In this document: positions 22,372 to 24,000 of the stretch, piece after piece | Position numbering within the stretch: position 1 is the stretch's first letter | Layout: every line of letters begins with the position of its first letter | From: an uncultured Nitrososphaerales archaeon | GTDB lineage: Archaea > Thermoproteota > Nitrososphaeria > Conexivisphaerales > Conexivisphaeraceae | DNA: 24,000 nucleotides | Assembly: GCA_964342765.1 (NCBI GenBank) | Contig: CAYFFS010000002.1 | Location: 39,125-63,124 of the forward strand | Direction: 5' to 3' | Notes under the pieces: generated by a model | What the model was told of the DNA's origin: nothing | Seen by the model: the letters and a program-made list of their open reading frames with translations, nothing else | Databases searched by the model: none | Translations under genes and position numbers: made by a program

Positions 22372-23231
22372 TGCTTCAGGAGAGGCCCTCGCACCCGCTG
22401 GACGCCTACATGAGGACGGACAGGCTGCCCCACATATGGTGTCCCGGGTGCGGGATCGGGATAGCGCTCCAGCAGTTCCTCTGGGCCGTGAAGGAGCTCC
22501 ACGAGGAGGGGAAGCTCGACCCTAACAAGATAGTCTTCGTGACCGGCATAGGCTGCACCGGTCGCGCCTCAGGCTTCGTGAAGTTCGACTCCGCGCACAC
22601 GCCGCACGGCCGCGCCATACCGTTCGCCGTAGGGGTTAAGCTGGCAAATCCGTCCCTCATACCGGTCGTCTTCAGCGGGGACGGCGACATAGCGTCCATA
22701 GGCGGCAACCACATGATCCACGCGGCTAGGAGGAACTTCGACATGCTCGTTATAATGGTGAACAACATGACCTACGGCCTCACGGGCGGCCAGCTGGCCC
22801 CGACGACGCCGCACGGGATCTACTCCACGACGACCCCGAAGGGGAACCCGGAGGCCCCGATAGACGCCACGAAGGTCGTCTACTCGCTCTCGCCCAACTT
22901 CGTCGCCAGGATGAGCATAACCCACCCCAACCTGATACGCGAGACGGTGAAGAAGGCGCTGCTCATGAAGGGGTTCAGGTGGATAGAGGTGCTCTCCACG
23001 TGCCCGGAGATATTCGGGAGGCACATCAACATGAGGGACCCGTACGAGCTGTACTCGCGCCTGAAGCAGGTCGTGAGGTTCAAGAAGGTGTCGAACGCTG
23101 ACGAGATAAAGTACGACTGGAACAGCGAGATAACCTGCGGCGTCTTCCTGGAGAAGAACAACCCAAGCTACATGGAGAACTACCTGTCCATGTACGGGCT
23201 CAAGGAGAAGCTGGAGGTGTTGGCGCCATGA
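22365..23231 (+). CDS. 2-oxoacid:ferredoxin oxidoreductase beta subunit (TPP-binding)
   Basis: WCPGCGIGIA, TGIGCTGR, FSGDGDIASIGGNHMIHAARRN, NNMTYGLTGGQ. The ATG at 22365 follows GGGGGTGG. GTG 22356 and ATG 22371 are in-frame alternatives. Confidence 0.85.
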   Translation: MVMLQERPSHPLDAYMRTDRLPHIWCPGCGIGIALQQFLWAVKELHEEGKLDPNKIVFVTGIGCTGRASGFVKFDSAHTPHGRAIPFAVGVKLANPSLIPVVFSGDGDIASIGGNHMIHAARRNFDMLVIMVNNMTYGLTGGQLAPTTPHGIYSTTTPKGNPEAPIDATKVVYSLSPNFVARMSITHPNLIRETVKKALLMKGFRWIEVLSTCPEIFGRHINMRDPYELYSRLKQVVRFKKVSNADEIKYDWNSEITCGVFLEKNNPSYMENYLSMYGLKEKLEVLAP

Positions 23232-23761
23232 GCTCCAAGCACGAGATAGTGATCGCCGGAAGGGGAGGCCAGGGAATACTCCTGGCCGGCTACATACTCG
23301 GCAAGGCACTAGTCGACGAGGGGTACTACGTCGTCAACTCGGAGGAATACAGCGCGGAGACCAGGGGAGGCGACTCAAAGGCGGAGCTCATAGTGGCAAA
23401 GGACGAGGAGCCGGACCTCATGACGGTGCAGAGGGCGGACATCGCCGTGTTCATGTACACGGATCAGCTCTCGAAGTACTACAGGCTCGTTGGGAAGGGG
23501 GCCACCCTCGTCCTGGACTCCACCTTCATAAAGGAGGCGCCGAAGGACGCCGGGAAGGTCCTCATGGCCCCCTTCACGGAGGTCGCGGAGAAGCGCGTCG
23601 GCAACATAAGGACGGCTAACATGGTAATGCTTGGCTACTTCGCGTCGAAGGTAGGGCTCGTCGGGATCGACACGCTGGTCAGCGCCATGCGCTCGGTCAC
23701 GAACCCCAATTGGGTCGAGGTCAACGAGAGGGCCCTGAGGACCGGCTACGAGCTCCAGTGA
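23228..23761 (+). CDS. 2-oxoacid:ferredoxin oxidoreductase gamma subunit
   Basis: EIVIAGRGGQGILLAGYILGKA...EEYSAETRGGDSKAELIV. The ATG overlaps the beta TGA (ATGA), with GGAGGTG 8 nt upstream. Confidence 0.85.
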   Translation: MSSKHEIVIAGRGGQGILLAGYILGKALVDEGYYVVNSEEYSAETRGGDSKAELIVAKDEEPDLMTVQRADIAVFMYTDQLSKYYRLVGKGATLVLDSTFIKEAPKDAGKVLMAPFTEVAEKRVGNIRTANMVMLGYFASKVGLVGIDTLVSAMRSVTNPNWVEVNERALRTGYELQ

Positions 23762-23918
23762 GTCCCTGCCCGCCCTAGGTAGCAATCACGGGGCGCGTCC
23801 GGCTCGGGGCGGCCCAAGTATCCTCCTGCAACTTCCCCTCCATGCGCGGCCTGGGGAAGGGCCTTTAACGCCTCATGTCGCCAAAGCGAGATCTCAAACA
23901 ATGGGGGACAAGCGAGAC

Positions 23919-23997
23919 TGGTAGCGGGGCCAGGATTCGAACCTGGGATCTCGGGGTTATGAGCCCCGCGGGATAGACCTAGCTTCCCCACCCCGCT
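23919..23997 (-). tRNA. Initiator tRNA-Met (anticodon CAT), CCA encoded
   Basis: The reverse complement is AGCGGGG-TG-GGGA...TCCC-G-CGGGG-CTCATAA-CCCCG-AGATC-CCAGG-TTCGAAT-CCTGG-CCCCGCT-A-CCA. The A1:U72 pair and three consecutive G:C pairs closing the anticodon stem are archaeal initiator hallmarks. Confidence 0.9.
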
Positions 23998-24000
23998 GGG

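Noticed and set aside
23832-23859. Hairpin CTTCCCC-N14-GGGGAAG in the 157-bp noncoding spacer after the gamma subunit gene, considered as a terminator or small RNA
   Set aside because: It is followed only by CTTTAA rather than a real T-tract. I could not recognise a conserved ncRNA signature (C/D boxes, K-turn). It may be a weak terminator but is not supportable as a feature.
23884-23917. 8-bp direct repeat AAGCGAGA (23884-23891 and 23910-23917) abutting the 3' end of tRNA-iMet, considered as a remnant att site
   Set aside because: Too short to be significant in a 157-bp spacer, not part of the tRNA itself, and there is no integrase or foreign-looking gene content between the two tRNA genes.
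23746-23991. 81-aa minus-strand ORF at the right edge
   Set aside because: It overlaps almost the whole initiator tRNA-Met gene, and its translation is just the tRNA sequence read as protein.
16970-23997. The tRNA-flanked block (tRNA-Ser to tRNA-iMet) considered as an integrated element or genomic island
   Set aside because: No integrase, no direct repeats of tRNA 3' halves and no visible compositional break. The content (ABC module, oxidoreductase) looks like ordinary chromosomal genes with the same promoter and SD grammar as the rest of the window.
1-24000. CRISPR arrays, IS elements, rRNA genes and toxin-antitoxin pairs
   Set aside because: I scanned by eye for regularly spaced repeats, terminal inverted repeats, transposase-like ORFs and small paired ORFs. 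None were found.

Overview
This is a GC-rich, very compact archaeal chromosomal segment. It looks crenarchaeal (Thermoproteota): AGG/ATA-rich codon usage, an intron-containing tRNA, an A1:U72 initiator tRNA, TATA-like boxes about 22-30 nt upstream of the first gene of each unit, and GGAGG-type SD motifs only in front of internal operon genes. I call 26 protein genes and 2 tRNAs. I found no rRNA, CRISPR array, transposase, integrase or prophage-like content. Left to right: a partial MFS transporter (missing from the ORF track), a polytopic membrane protein, and a divergent HTH+ThiN-domain (ThiR-like) regulator tightly followed by a PD-(D/E)xK nuclease with a C-terminal HTH. Next comes a translationally coupled minus-strand operon (MBL-fold hydrolase, NAD epimerase/dehydratase, FAD-linked oxidase). 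Then follow a PP-loop Dph6-like ATPase, a Zn-ADH/MDR oxidoreductase, hemA, a TRIC/UPF0126 channel and a PfkB kinase. A LIV-type ABC importer (livHMGF) has no binding-protein gene in the window. After it come an endonuclease-IV-like TIM-barrel protein, an M20 peptidase and tRNA-Ser(CGA) with a 20-nt intron. The last units are a three-gene MacB-type module (ABC ATPase, a secreted and anchored protein with four beta-sandwich repeats, FtsX permease), a delta-alpha-beta-gamma 2-oxoacid:ferredoxin oxidoreductase operon, and initiator tRNA-Met. The most unusual region is the MacB-type module at 17.1-20.8 kb. Its middle gene encodes a glycoprotein-like repeat protein, and its permease has a conserved N-terminus with no ATG/GTG/TTG. 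That reading frame begins at a CTG overlapping the upstream TGA, with GGAGGGAG 8 nt upstream. All family calls come from motif recognition by eye; no database search was run.
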